In this document: piece after piece, positions 29,436 to 38,589 of the stretch | Layout: each line of letters opens with the position of its first letter | Numbering within the stretch: position 1 is the stretch's first letter | Origin: Candidatus Woesearchaeota archaeon | GTDB taxonomy: Archaea > Nanobdellota > Nanobdellia > Woesearchaeales > UBA9642 | DNA length: 64,000 nucleotides | NCBI GenBank assembly: GCA_003599145.1 | Contig: QZIT01000005.1 | Span: 512,330 to 576,329, forward strand | Reading direction: 5' to 3' | Notes under the pieces: generated by a model | Told to the model about the DNA's origin: nothing | Seen by the model: the letters and a program-made list of their open reading frames with translations, nothing else | The model's database searches: none | Made by a program: the position numbers and the translations under genes

Positions 29436-30512
29436 CTATCTTCCATAGATCTGCTGCATAAATGATGTAACCATGTCTATTTTTTTCTCAACCAAAGAGT
29501 CGCTATCAGCGTAATGATGCTCACCAAGAATATATGCAAACGTTTCCGCAAGGTCTTCCTTGACGCTGGACTCCTCTGATGAAGGATGAGGGTTTTCCAA
29601 TCCAAAGGTTACGGTCAAAATAGTCTGATCAATAATCTGGTAACGTTCGAGGGTATATTTGCGAAGGTGAACGTCTTTTCCAAACTCGCGCCCCAATATG
29701 AAAATGCTGTCCCGTTCGACAGCCGTTATTCCTCCTGCGAGCGAAGCTTGCATGTAGGGCAATACCGAGGGAATCACTAAAGAACTGTCCTGCAGAGATT
29801 GCAAAAACTGAGCATAATCCAGCACACTAAACGTGTTGTTTAAAGACTGAATAAAGCAATCATTAACCTCTCGCAGCTCTGCAAGTTTCGCAAAAGCCTG
29901 TTGATAGTAGACTTCTTTTTGATCGTAAAGCAAATCGCCGTAATACTGCATATACCTTCCATTGTCAGCGTAACTGCTGACGAATCCAATCTGCCTTTCT
30001 CGCAAAGCAGGGTCATACAAAGGAACTTGTTTATTGAGTTCGGCAAAAGAGGATTTTAATCGCTGAACATGGGCAAATTCTGCAGATGCGCTGTCAAACC
30101 GGTCAAGAAAATAATGAGCGCACTCATGGGCAATCACATCGTCGTAATTTCTGATGACTTCTGTAGGGTCTCGTCCTCGAAAATAGTCTATGGTTTCAGA
30201 AGGGACTAGTTTAATAAGAAAATCTGCAGGGCCTCGCTTTATTTTCAGACCAGAGGCAAAGCGAGATTCCGCAATAGTATCAACTTTTTCGATGGTAAGC
30301 TCGCCTGGAGTGAATGCTTTAGGATAAGCGTCAGAAATAGTTTCCACAACACACTCTAGCAAGGACGTTTCATGAGAAGTAAATTCGCCAACAAGATCAA
30401 TGCCGTGCCTCAGTTCAAAAGAAGTGGTCTTTCCTACTTCATAAGGAGCTGCCGCCATGTTGAGCGCTGCAATGAAAGGCAGCGCCAATTTGGCTAAAAC
30501 AGTGCTTTTCAT
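29436..30512 (-). CDS. Secreted zincin-type metallopeptidase-like protein
   Basis: Signal peptide; IAHECAH; FVSSYA; EDLAETFAY. Confidence 0.72.
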   Translation of the reverse strand: MKSTVLAKLALPFIAALNMAAAPYEVGKTTSFELRHGIDLVGEFTSHETSLLECVVETISDAYPKAFTPGELTIEKVDTIAESRFASGLKIKRGPADFLIKLVPSETIDYFRGRDPTEVIRNYDDVIAHECAHYFLDRFDSASAEFAHVQRLKSSFAELNKQVPLYDPALRERQIGFVSSYADNGRYMQYYGDLLYDQKEVYYQQAFAKLAELREVNDCFIQSLNNTFSVLDYAQFLQSLQDSSLVIPSVLPYMQASLAGGITAVERDSIFILGREFGKDVHLRKYTLERYQIIDQTILTVTFGLENPHPSSEESSVKEDLAETFAYILGEHHYADSDSLVEKKIDMVTSFMQQIYGR

Positions 30513-30603
30513 AAGCTTGAGAAATAACAGAAACTATAAATATATTACTGTAAAGTGATTATCTTTAAGCGAAAAGACACGGCAAAACCGTAACCTTTAA
30601 AAG

Positions 30604-30617
30604 TGCAGAATTCTGCA
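30604..30617. promoter_or_regulatory. Perfect 14-bp palindrome in the divergent gyrA promoter region
   Basis: TGCAGAATTCTGCA. Confidence 0.4.
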
Positions 30618-30702
30618 TTTATAGCGCCTATAAAGCCATTTCAATAATCAAAAAACTTATAAATAACCGCCTATTCTGAAACAGAGAGGAGATTCTAAAA
30701 AA

Positions 30703-33147
30703 ATGGATGATAATGCAAAGCATAGTGCGAAAAATCACGAGCAAAATAGCAGGATTATTCCCCAAGTTATTGAAGATGAGATGAAAAAGGCATATCTAGA
30801 TTATGCCATGTCTGTTATTGTGGGAAGGGCATTGCCTGATGTGAGAGACGGATTAAAACCAGTCCATAGAAGGATTCTTTACGGCATGAGCGATTTGGGA
30901 TTGCAAAGCTCTAAAACATTTAAAAAATGCGCAAGAATAGTAGGAGAAATCTTAGGAAAATATCATCCGCATGGTGATGTCGCTGTTTATGATTCCTTGG
31001 TCAGAATGGCGCAGGATTTTTCTCTGCGATATCCTCTAGTGCACGGTCAGGGAAATTTTGGTTCTATAGATGGAGACCCTCCTGCAGCAATGAGGTATAC
31101 CGAAGCAAAGTTAACCAAATTGAGTGAAGAAATTTTGGAAGACTTAGAAAAAGAAACAGTAGACTTTGTTCCTAATTTTGATGATTCCTTAAAAGAACCA
31201 ACAGTCTTACCATCGAAGATTCCTAATCTTTTGATTAACGGAAGCTCGGGCATTGCCGTAGGCATGGCAACCAATATACCACCCCATAACATGACAGAAG
31301 TCTGCAGTGCAGTTATTGCATTGATCCGCAATCCAGATATGTCACTATCAGAATTATTAACCTACGTTAAAGGCCCTGATTTTCCTACTGGGGCAGAAAT
31401 TGCAGGCAGAAGCGGCATCATAAAAGCGTATGGAACAGGACACGGCATTATCACGGTAAAAGCAAAGATGCACGTAGAGGATAAAAAAGGAAGAAAAGTC
31501 ATCATCGTTACAGAAATTCCCTATCAGCTCAATAAATCTTTATTAATAGAGCAAATTGCAGAGCTTGTAAAAGATAAAAAAATTCCGGACATCAGCGATT
31601 TAAGAGATGAAAGCGCGAAAAAAGGAGTACGCATTGTTATAGAATTAAAAAAAGACGCAAATGCAGAAGTAGTCCAGAATTTACTGTACACCCATTCAAA
31701 ACTGCAATCAAACTTTAGCATCATTTTTCTCGCCTTAGTCAACAACGAGCCGAAAGTGCTCCCTTTGAAAGATTGCTTGGTACATTTCCTGCATCACCGG
31801 CAATCTGTTGTAAGAAAAAGAACAGAATATGATTTGAAAAAGGCAAAAGAAAGAGCACATCTTCTCGAAGGGTTATTAATTGCCCTTCACCATATCGATC
31901 CTGTTATTGCATTGATTAAAAAATCTGCAAACGCCGACGAAGCAAAAACAGGATTGATAAAAGTATATGCGCTGACAGAAATTCAAAGCCAGGCAATTTT
32001 AGATATGAGACTGCAAAGGCTTGCTGTTTTAGAGCAGGAAAAAATCAAAACAGAGCATACAGATTTACTCGTCCAGATAAAAAGCTATCAGGAAATCTTG
32101 GCAGATGAACAGAAAATACTGGGCATTATCAAATCAGAATTAGAAGAAATACGGCAAAAATATGGAGACAACAGACTCACCAGCATCTCTGACAGCGAAG
32201 AACTCTTAGATATGGAAGATTTAATTGCTGATGAACCTGTTGTAGTTACCGTTACTCGCTCAGGATATATCAAAAGAATGCTCTTGGAAACCTATAAAGT
32301 GCAGAAGAGAGGTGGAAAGGGAGTAACAGGAGCTGAAACAAAAGAAGAAGACCAAGTTGAGCAGTTATTTGTAAGCAACAATCATGCGTATTTACTCGTG
32401 TTTACCAATACAGGACAGATGCATTGGCTGAAGGTTTATCAAATTCCAGAAGCAGGAAGATATGCCATGGGAAAAGCCATTGTGAATCTGTTAGCATTAA
32501 AAGATGAAAAAATAAAAACAATTATTCCTGTTAAAGAATTTGATGACAAACATTTTTTGGTGTTAGTAACCAAAAAAGGACTGATTAAGAAAACAAATTT
32601 GTCTTCCTATGCAAGACCAAGAAAAGGAGGCATTATTGGCATCGATATTCAGGAAAATGATGCGCTGGTTAATGCATTATTAACGGATGGCACTAAACAA
32701 ATTTTAATTGCCACTAAAAATGGACTCGCAGTGAAGTTTGAAGAATCTGATGTTAGAGCAGTGGGAAGAAATGCAAAAGGAGTTACAGGAGTAAGGTTAA
32801 AAGATCACGATGAAGTTATGGGAATGGTTATTGCAGATGACCAGAAAAAATTATTGACCATTACAGAGAACGGCTACGGAAAACGAACCATGATTTCAGA
32901 ATACCGCCTGATTAATAGAGGAGGAACTGGAGTTATTAACATTCAGTGCACCGAAAGAAACGGAAAAGTAGCTGCAATCAAAGAAGTCAATGATGTCGAT
33001 GAACTGATGTTTATCAGCAAAAAAGGCATTATTATCAGAACGCTTGCAAGCCACATTTCTGTTATTGGAAGAAACACGCAAGGAGTTAGGTTGATGAAGT
33101 TACAAGCAGACGATAAAGTTGTTGCTGCTGCAAAGATTGTCAACTAA
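30703..33147 (+). CDS. gyrA: DNA gyrase subunit A
   Basis: [29 protein letters not shown] (catalytic Tyr), GyrA-box QKRGGKG and beta-pinwheel repeats. Confidence 0.97.
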   Translation: MDDNAKHSAKNHEQNSRIIPQVIEDEMKKAYLDYAMSVIVGRALPDVRDGLKPVHRRILYGMSDLGLQSSKTFKKCARIVGEILGKYHPHGDVAVYDSLVRMAQDFSLRYPLVHGQGNFGSIDGDPPAAMRYTEAKLTKLSEEILEDLEKETVDFVPNFDDSLKEPTVLPSKIPNLLINGSSGIAVGMATNIPPHNMTEVCSAVIALIRNPDMSLSELLTYVKGPDFPTGAEIAGRSGIIKAYGTGHGIITVKAKMHVEDKKGRKVIIVTEIPYQLNKSLLIEQIAELVKDKKIPDISDLRDESAKKGVRIVIELKKDANAEVVQNLLYTHSKLQSNFSIIFLALVNNEPKVLPLKDCLVHFLHHRQSVVRKRTEYDLKKAKERAHLLEGLLIALHHIDPVIALIKKSANADEAKTGLIKVYALTEIQSQAILDMRLQRLAVLEQEKIKTEHTDLLVQIKSYQEILADEQKILGIIKSELEEIRQKYGDNRLTSISDSEELLDMEDLIADEPVVVTVTRSGYIKRMLLETYKVQKRGGKGVTGAETKEEDQVEQLFVSNNHAYLLVFTNTGQMHWLKVYQIPEAGRYAMGKAIVNLLALKDEKIKTIIPVKEFDDKHFLVLVTKKGLIKKTNLSSYARPRKGGIIGIDIQENDALVNALLTDGTKQILIATKNGLAVKFEESDVRAVGRNAKGVTGVRLKDHDEVMGMVIADDQKKLLTITENGYGKRTMISEYRLINRGGTGVINIQCTERNGKVAAIKEVNDVDELMFISKKGIIIRTLASHISVIGRNTQGVRLMKLQADDKVVAAAKIVN

Positions 33148-34358
33148 GCGCATAACTGAGAAACCCACTCACTGTATTTCGAATAGTACATTCTCACAAG
33201 CGCTTGCTTTTCTGCATCAGAAGTTATTTGCGATGGCTTTGGCCTATTTAATGCCCATCGGTGCAAATCCGCCCCCCAAATAAAGCCTGCGCCAAAAGCA
33301 ACTTTTGCAAGCAATCTTCCGGGATAAAGATGACCGCCCACATGTAACTCATCTTGAGCAACCATATAGGTTCCCAAAGAATTGTTGCCGTATTTCTTTA
33401 TTCCTTCTGCATAGACTTGTTCAGGGGCAAAAGGCGTTCTTTTTCTTACTGCGTCAACAATTCTCCAATTTGCCTGATGAGGGTCTATCATCATTTGCGA
33501 GTATTCAGGACTTGATTTGTCAATATGTTCTTGCTCTACAATCTTTTCAAAAGCTTCTGTCATCATTCTCACTGCTGGTTTAAAGACAACCTGTCCATCC
33601 ATGTGAAAATCAGGCCTCTTTACCTGTGCTTCATGCCCGCCATAAGTCAAGTTTCCATCGACGCTAGAAAACTGAGGTCCTACTCCTGATTTCCACCAAA
33701 GATTAGGTCCTAAAGAACCGTCTGCATTAAGGTAACATCCCAAGAATCCGTATTTTTTTTCTAAAACCGTTTGGTCAAGTGAAAATTGCAATACTGCAGC
33801 GCCAACACCATCAGACAAGAGAATGCATGTTGCCCTGTCTTTATAATTTAAAACATGTGATAAAGTATCTCCTGCAAGAACCAGCACTTTAAAGTTTAAA
33901 ACATCGTGAGGAATTTCCTCTTCAGGATTTCTCATTAGGTGTGCATAAAGTTTTCCTGCGAGCGCATTATAACCTGCGCTTTCTGCAATAATGCCTCCTG
34001 TACAACCTCCGTTTTGGTCGTGTGCAGGACATTCTGCTCCCAATAAATACTGGACAATGGTTGCGTTATCAGGAACTGCAAATGTGCCTGATTTATGATT
34101 TGCAAAAATAATCAACCCTATATCTTTGGCAGTGAGACCTGCACTCTTTAATGCCACATGGCCTGCTACAGCTCCTAAAACAGGCAGAGGTTCATACTGA
34201 GTGCTTATAGCTCGCTCGCTAATTCCTGTTCGTTCAATGATCCAATCATTACTGGTATCGACCATTTTTTCTAAATCAGGATTAGAAAGTCTATGGGGTG
34301 GAACCGCGCTTCCTGTGCCAGAAATAATAATTCTAGGTAGTTGTTGAGTGTACACCAT
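33144..34358 (-). CDS. fabH: 3-oxoacyl-ACP synthase III (FabH-like condensing enzyme)
   Basis: [21 protein letters not shown] (Cys), DRATCIL..DG, MDGQVVF, PHQAN (His), YGNNS (Asn) and FGAGFIWG. Confidence 0.85.
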   Translation of the reverse strand: MVYTQQLPRIIISGTGSAVPPHRLSNPDLEKMVDTSNDWIIERTGISERAISTQYEPLPVLGAVAGHVALKSAGLTAKDIGLIIFANHKSGTFAVPDNATIVQYLLGAECPAHDQNGGCTGGIIAESAGYNALAGKLYAHLMRNPEEEIPHDVLNFKVLVLAGDTLSHVLNYKDRATCILLSDGVGAAVLQFSLDQTVLEKKYGFLGCYLNADGSLGPNLWWKSGVGPQFSSVDGNLTYGGHEAQVKRPDFHMDGQVVFKPAVRMMTEAFEKIVEQEHIDKSSPEYSQMMIDPHQANWRIVDAVRKRTPFAPEQVYAEGIKKYGNNSLGTYMVAQDELHVGGHLYPGRLLAKVAFGAGFIWGADLHRWALNRPKPSQITSDAEKQALVRMYYSKYSEWVSQLCA

Positions 34359-34433
34359 AGCAAACCTCAAAAAGTTGGAAAGTATTCTGTTTATATAAAT
34401 ATAATGGAAGAATAAAGGAAGAAGAGTGAATAT

Positions 34434-34458
34434 CCCTAGCCCTTTTCAGGGCTAAGGG
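34434..34458 (-). terminator. GC-rich hairpin followed by a pyrimidine-rich tract on the minus strand
   Basis: CCCTAGCCC-TTTTCA-GGGCTAAGGG; minus-strand downstream TCTTCTTCCTTTATTCTT. Confidence 0.5.
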
Positions 34459-34592
34459 GTGGAATTAATGAGGTTCTTCTGGAATCACTTTTCCAGTGGT
34501 TGTTTCTTCGCCTCTTTTTCCGCGGGCTTTTCTTCTGATTCCAGAGTGTGAAAGTATGTTAGTATACATAATTATATACTAATTGGCATTTG
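34434..34592 (-). other. Candidate small structured transcript and/or 34-aa sORF (34465-34569)
   Basis: Upstream CGAAAAG-GTTTATATATAA (BRE/TATA), three inverted repeats and ORF MYTNILSHSGIRRKARGKRGEETTTGKVIPEEPH. Confidence 0.4.
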
Positions 34593-34654
34593 ACTAATAT
34601 CATAAGTTATATATAAACCTTTCGAAAATGAATTTTTTTCCATATAGAAATAAT

Positions 34655-35542
34655 TTATAAAATTGGATAGAATTTCCTTTTTTTTCCTCTTCCATGGCTT
34701 AAATTCCAGTATTTTCTAAATTCGCAGAGTGCATGTTCAATATTTCGGAGAGATAAAAAAGGCCTGTTTGAAAGCGCTTCTTTAAAGGAAATATGCGCCC
34801 AAGCATACTGGTGAGAAAGCGCAGGAAGGACCTCTTTTTGTTTTTTGTGGAGATAAGCAATCTTTTCCATTTGTTTCTTTCTCGAAAGTTTTTCCTGAAA
34901 AATAATTTCCAAGCCCCAGACAGCTCCGGGGCCTATGTTCACAAAATCATCATCGGTCCACTTTTGCTTGAAAAATGCAAAATAGGTAAGATCTGTCCAG
35001 ATTTCATACGCTAAAAAATTGCCCACCAGAGGAATCTTTTTTATGGCTTGCAGACTCTCATAAGGAATTCGTGCATGATCTAGTTCACAGATAATCCTAT
35101 CACCATGTGCACCAACAAAAAAAACGCTCTGCAATACAGAAAGATACTTTGGTTCGCCCTGTTTTCCTGCAATTAAATAGGCGTCATTGAAAAGCGTTTT
35201 GCCTTGCTTTTGCAAAGCGATCATTTTTTTCCGCAGTGCTTCTTCGAGAGCAGTATCAAAAACAGAGAATGGCTTTATGTTCAAGGCTTCATAAAGAAGA
35301 TGTTTATTAAAGAACCTATAAAAAACCACATTAAGCAATATTTTTTTTCTGTTTCGTATATGTCTGAGCGTATCAATAATATACGCTGTGCCTTTATCTA
35401 ACTCACGATAAACGTTGCAAAACTTGTACTTTTGCAATACATCATCTTTTGTCCAAGGAGGCTTTTCCTTTAAAAAAAATCGCCTATACCAAACAACCTG
35501 TCTTCGGTAAATAAATTCAAAAAAATCACGTTCTAAAGCCAT
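34655..35542 (-). CDS. 5-hmdU DNA kinase helical domain (aGPT-Pplase1) family protein
   Basis: PPWTKDDVLQKYKFCNVYRELDKGT, YRFFN, HhH-like IPLVGNFLAYEIWTDL, IGPGAVWGL and IEHALCEFRKY. Confidence 0.8.
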   Translation of the reverse strand: MALERDFFEFIYRRQVVWYRRFFLKEKPPWTKDDVLQKYKFCNVYRELDKGTAYIIDTLRHIRNRKKILLNVVFYRFFNKHLLYEALNIKPFSVFDTALEEALRKKMIALQKQGKTLFNDAYLIAGKQGEPKYLSVLQSVFFVGAHGDRIICELDHARIPYESLQAIKKIPLVGNFLAYEIWTDLTYFAFFKQKWTDDDFVNIGPGAVWGLEIIFQEKLSRKKQMEKIAYLHKKQKEVLPALSHQYAWAHISFKEALSNRPFLSLRNIEHALCEFRKYWNLSHGRGKKRKFYPIL

Positions 35543-35591
35543 GACAAGAGAAAGGCAATACTTTTATAAATAACCTTTGTTCAAAATCAGC

Positions 35592-36071
35592 ATGCACATC
35601 AACCCATATACCCTGAAAGAAAAAGGCTGGTCTGCAAAAGAAATAGATCACGCAGCGGGCATTGTCGAAAAACACAAAAAGAAATGGGATCAGGCAGCCT
35701 ATTGGGTTTTGCTCATAGTTACGATCGTAGGAAATTTCCTGCTTTCAACAGCACTGTTGCCCATGATGCTCCTTATGAATGACTTGAGTTTTCTAGCACT
35801 GATTGGTGTTCTTGGCATTATTCTGGGAGTTTTAATAACAGGCGTCATTAAAGGAATGGACCTGCATTTTCATCATCATACCGCAATCCTCTTCATTGTT
35901 CCGCTCATAGCGTTTATCAGTTTTTTTTTCATAACCGGCACTGCCAACTTGATAGCACTGCAAACCAATATTGCTTATTATCATAATCCAGGCATTGTTG
36001 GCCTGGTGTACATTGTAGCATACTTATTGCCCTACATCCAGTTTTTGATAACAAGACACCTGACAAAATGA
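35592..36071 (+). CDS. Hypothetical four-TM membrane protein
   Basis: LKEKGWS.KEI leader plus four hydrophobic segments; ATGA-like overlap with the next gene. Confidence 0.75.
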   Translation: MHINPYTLKEKGWSAKEIDHAAGIVEKHKKKWDQAAYWVLLIVTIVGNFLLSTALLPMMLLMNDLSFLALIGVLGIILGVLITGVIKGMDLHFHHHTAILFIVPLIAFISFFFITGTANLIALQTNIAYYHNPGIVGLVYIVAYLLPYIQFLITRHLTK

Positions 36072-36457
36072 ACCTTCTTGAATGGACGAAAATATTTGTA
36101 GAGCAGAAAGACTTACTGCACCGAAAGCTTTTGAGTTCCCAAGTAAAAGAACGAACTATTTCATTTGTTTTTAAAGATAGAACGCACGAATATTTCATCG
36201 AGGAAATTCTTGATGAGCAGATACTGAAAAAAATAGAACCGCATGAATATAAAACAATAGTATGCCTGTACAAAAAAGAAAACTTGAATTTCTTGATAAA
36301 ACACTGGAAAGCAATAGCTGCCATACTCAATCTCAGTTTTATTTTTGTTGATATCGCGCAGGATAGAAAATGGATTATTAATCCTCACACACACAATAGC
36401 ATAGCAGACAACGCATCTCTAGAACTAGGCTTAAAGACGATGTTTGAGAATGCCTAA
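36068..36457 (+). CDS. Hypothetical protein
   Basis: Coupled ORF; WIINPHTHNSI..SLELGL motif. Confidence 0.72.
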   Translation: MNLLEWTKIFVEQKDLLHRKLLSSQVKERTISFVFKDRTHEYFIEEILDEQILKKIEPHEYKTIVCLYKKENLNFLIKHWKAIAAILNLSFIFVDIAQDRKWIINPHTHNSIADNASLELGLKTMFENA

Positions 36458-37147
36458 TTTCCATAAAAATTCAAAGTGATTTCTGTAGCTTTCTGCAACC
36501 AGTCTGTTTTTAATCACGACTGCGAAAGGATTTGCAGCCCAAAGGATAATGGCAACTTTATCGCCATAAATATTCGTGGCAACATCTGAACGATAGCTTG
36601 AGGGAAAGTATTTTATTTCTGATAAAGGTATAGCATAATCAAGCGCTTCGTGGAAAATTGCTTTGATGGCGATGTTATTTTTTTTTCTCAAAGCATCATA
36701 TTTGGGGAAGTAATACTGAACAATGTCCTTCGCTCCTTTTGCAGCCCCGAAAATATAGATTGTTTTCTTTGTTGCAATCTGGTCATCAAAAACAGATTTT
36801 AATCCCTGTTTGCCTTTGAAAAAAACAGTTTCCTGTTTTTCCTTGTTCAAGGAAAAAAGCAAAGACAACTCGGGGAGTATGTTTTTCACTGATTGTTGGG
36901 TTTCATCAATAATCTCCAACATTCTCTTTGGATCAACAGGCTGATAGTGTTTCCTATTATTTTCTGTCATATAGGAAACAAGCCCTTTTGAAATAAGTCT
37001 TTCTAATGCATCATAAACACTTCTTCTGTGCAAGCCTGATTTTTGCGCTATTTTTCCTGCAAGAGACGTTCCTAATTCCAAAAGAGCAAGATACACTTTA
37101 GATTCATTTGCAGTCATTCCTGTTCTTACCAATGCTTCAGTGTTCAT
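36431..37147 (-). CDS. TrmB-family transcriptional regulator
   Basis: GMTANESKVYLALL..HRRSVYDALERLISKGLV; FKGKQG; IYGDKVAI. Confidence 0.9.
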   Translation of the reverse strand: MNTEALVRTGMTANESKVYLALLELGTSLAGKIAQKSGLHRRSVYDALERLISKGLVSYMTENNRKHYQPVDPKRMLEIIDETQQSVKNILPELSLLFSLNKEKQETVFFKGKQGLKSVFDDQIATKKTIYIFGAAKGAKDIVQYYFPKYDALRKKNNIAIKAIFHEALDYAIPLSEIKYFPSSYRSDVATNIYGDKVAIILWAANPFAVVIKNRLVAESYRNHFEFLWKLGILKHRL

Positions 37148-37178
37148 AGTGTAAAAGAGCAACACCTCTATAAAAATA

Positions 37179-37202
37179 TTGTGGTAAAATATATCACCAC
37201 AA
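37179..37202. promoter_or_regulatory. Inverted repeat (putative TrmB operator) between divergent TATA boxes
   Basis: TTGTGGT-N10-ACCACAA. Confidence 0.6.
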
Positions 37203-37245
37203 AAATATAAATAGCTTGCGTACATTATCTATGCTAGGTGAAAAA

Positions 37246-38226
37246 ATGAAAACACAATACTTATTGCAAAGGTTTTTTCAAGAAAAGAAACCTGGTGAAA
37301 TAAGAGATTCCTATAAAAAAGTAGAGGTTTCTCCAAGAGCAGGAGAAAATACCATCAGGAGAGAAGATATCGTTGATGCTGTAAGGCATCTTTGGAAAGA
37401 CCAATACATACGTTTAACGGCTCCTGCAGATATACTTCCTGAAGATGTCCCTAATTTTAAAAAAAGAGGCTCTTTTCTCAATTTGCGAGTTCCCACAACA
37501 AGAAGGGAATTGCTGGAAGATAGAGTAACCATTCAAGAAAGAGCTGCAGAACGTTTAGAATCCATTGACGAACAAGCCCACCCTGGTGCATATTACTGGG
37601 GCATCAGAGCAAGACATAGAAAATTATGGTCTTTAGTAACGATTATCGATGGATTGACTGCGTATGCACTCATCAGAAGCAAGGCAGTTATTGGGCAGGC
37701 TGTCCCAGAAGTTGTGGCTCTAAGAGACTACGGCGATGATATTGCGTTTCATACAGAATCATTTACTGATTTGGGAGTAACCTATAAAGGGTATATTAAA
37801 CATCTTGCAATGGACCAAAAAACAATGCACGCAGACGCCGTTGAAATATCGGGAAGATGCAGTTGCGACGATGATTTATGGAGCACCATGGCAAATCCGA
37901 GAATTGTTGATGATTACCGATTCTGCAAGCATGAAGTTGCCGCTTTACTGCTGGCTGCAGATATGAAACGAAAAATGAAAAAGTCTATTGCATTAAACCC
38001 TTTGCCGTTTACACCAACAGTTGCATTAGTGCAGGACAGGGAAAAAACTAAAAGGATACTGACTAAAGAAGGCAAATTGCTCTCGGGCATAAGGCAGGAA
38101 GTATTGCTTTGGGATTTAGTAAGAATAAACGAGGGAAGAAACCTGCATTATGATACAAACTTCACCAGCGCAAGAGAGGTTGCAGGGTATATTGCAATGA
38201 AAGCTTATTCCTCTTCTCCAGAATAA
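37246..38226 (+). CDS. Hypothetical protein with SWIM-type zinc finger
   Basis: CSC..D...FCKH; AGGTGA SD. Confidence 0.75.
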   Translation: MKTQYLLQRFFQEKKPGEIRDSYKKVEVSPRAGENTIRREDIVDAVRHLWKDQYIRLTAPADILPEDVPNFKKRGSFLNLRVPTTRRELLEDRVTIQERAAERLESIDEQAHPGAYYWGIRARHRKLWSLVTIIDGLTAYALIRSKAVIGQAVPEVVALRDYGDDIAFHTESFTDLGVTYKGYIKHLAMDQKTMHADAVEISGRCSCDDDLWSTMANPRIVDDYRFCKHEVAALLLAADMKRKMKKSIALNPLPFTPTVALVQDREKTKRILTKEGKLLSGIRQEVLLWDLVRINEGRNLHYDTNFTSAREVAGYIAMKAYSSSPE

Positions 38227-38471
38227 GAAGGGACAGCCTGCTTGCTAATCAGCATAACATCGCCGATGCTTTTTACCAATTGATGGGGCACAATAACTCC
38301 TTTTGCGCTTCCCAAAACTTTATTCAAGAAAGAATTTTTCGTTGCCTTGACTCTCCATCCGAAAATTTTGCTTTGGGCAATGATTGCTTCTTCAACATCT
38401 CCAAAGTATTCACCGCTGTCAGTAAAAACTCTCATATCGTAGACTTCGCTTACTTTTTTCATTTTTAGCAT
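38205..38471 (-). CDS. PRC-barrel protein (CdpB-like)
   Basis: VFTDSGEYFGDVEE...IVPHQLVKSIGDVMLI. Confidence 0.85.
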   Translation of the reverse strand: MLKMKKVSEVYDMRVFTDSGEYFGDVEEAIIAQSKIFGWRVKATKNSFLNKVLGSAKGVIVPHQLVKSIGDVMLISKQAVPSYSGEEE

Positions 38472-38589
38472 GAAGATCACCTGTGTATTTTTAAAAAAAA
38501 ATAAGGTGTTACTAATTTAAATATGTTTCGTTTTAGTAAAGAAACCTGTTTGTTATTACAAAGTAACTAAACTGAGAAGATTTATAAAT

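Noticed and set aside
30703-35542. Bacterial contamination or chimera explaining gyrA, fabH and the hmU-kinase-like gene
   Set aside because: These genes have archaeal TATA-type upstream regions and similar composition, and gyrA and fabH overlap at their stops. Read mapping is still needed to exclude it fully.
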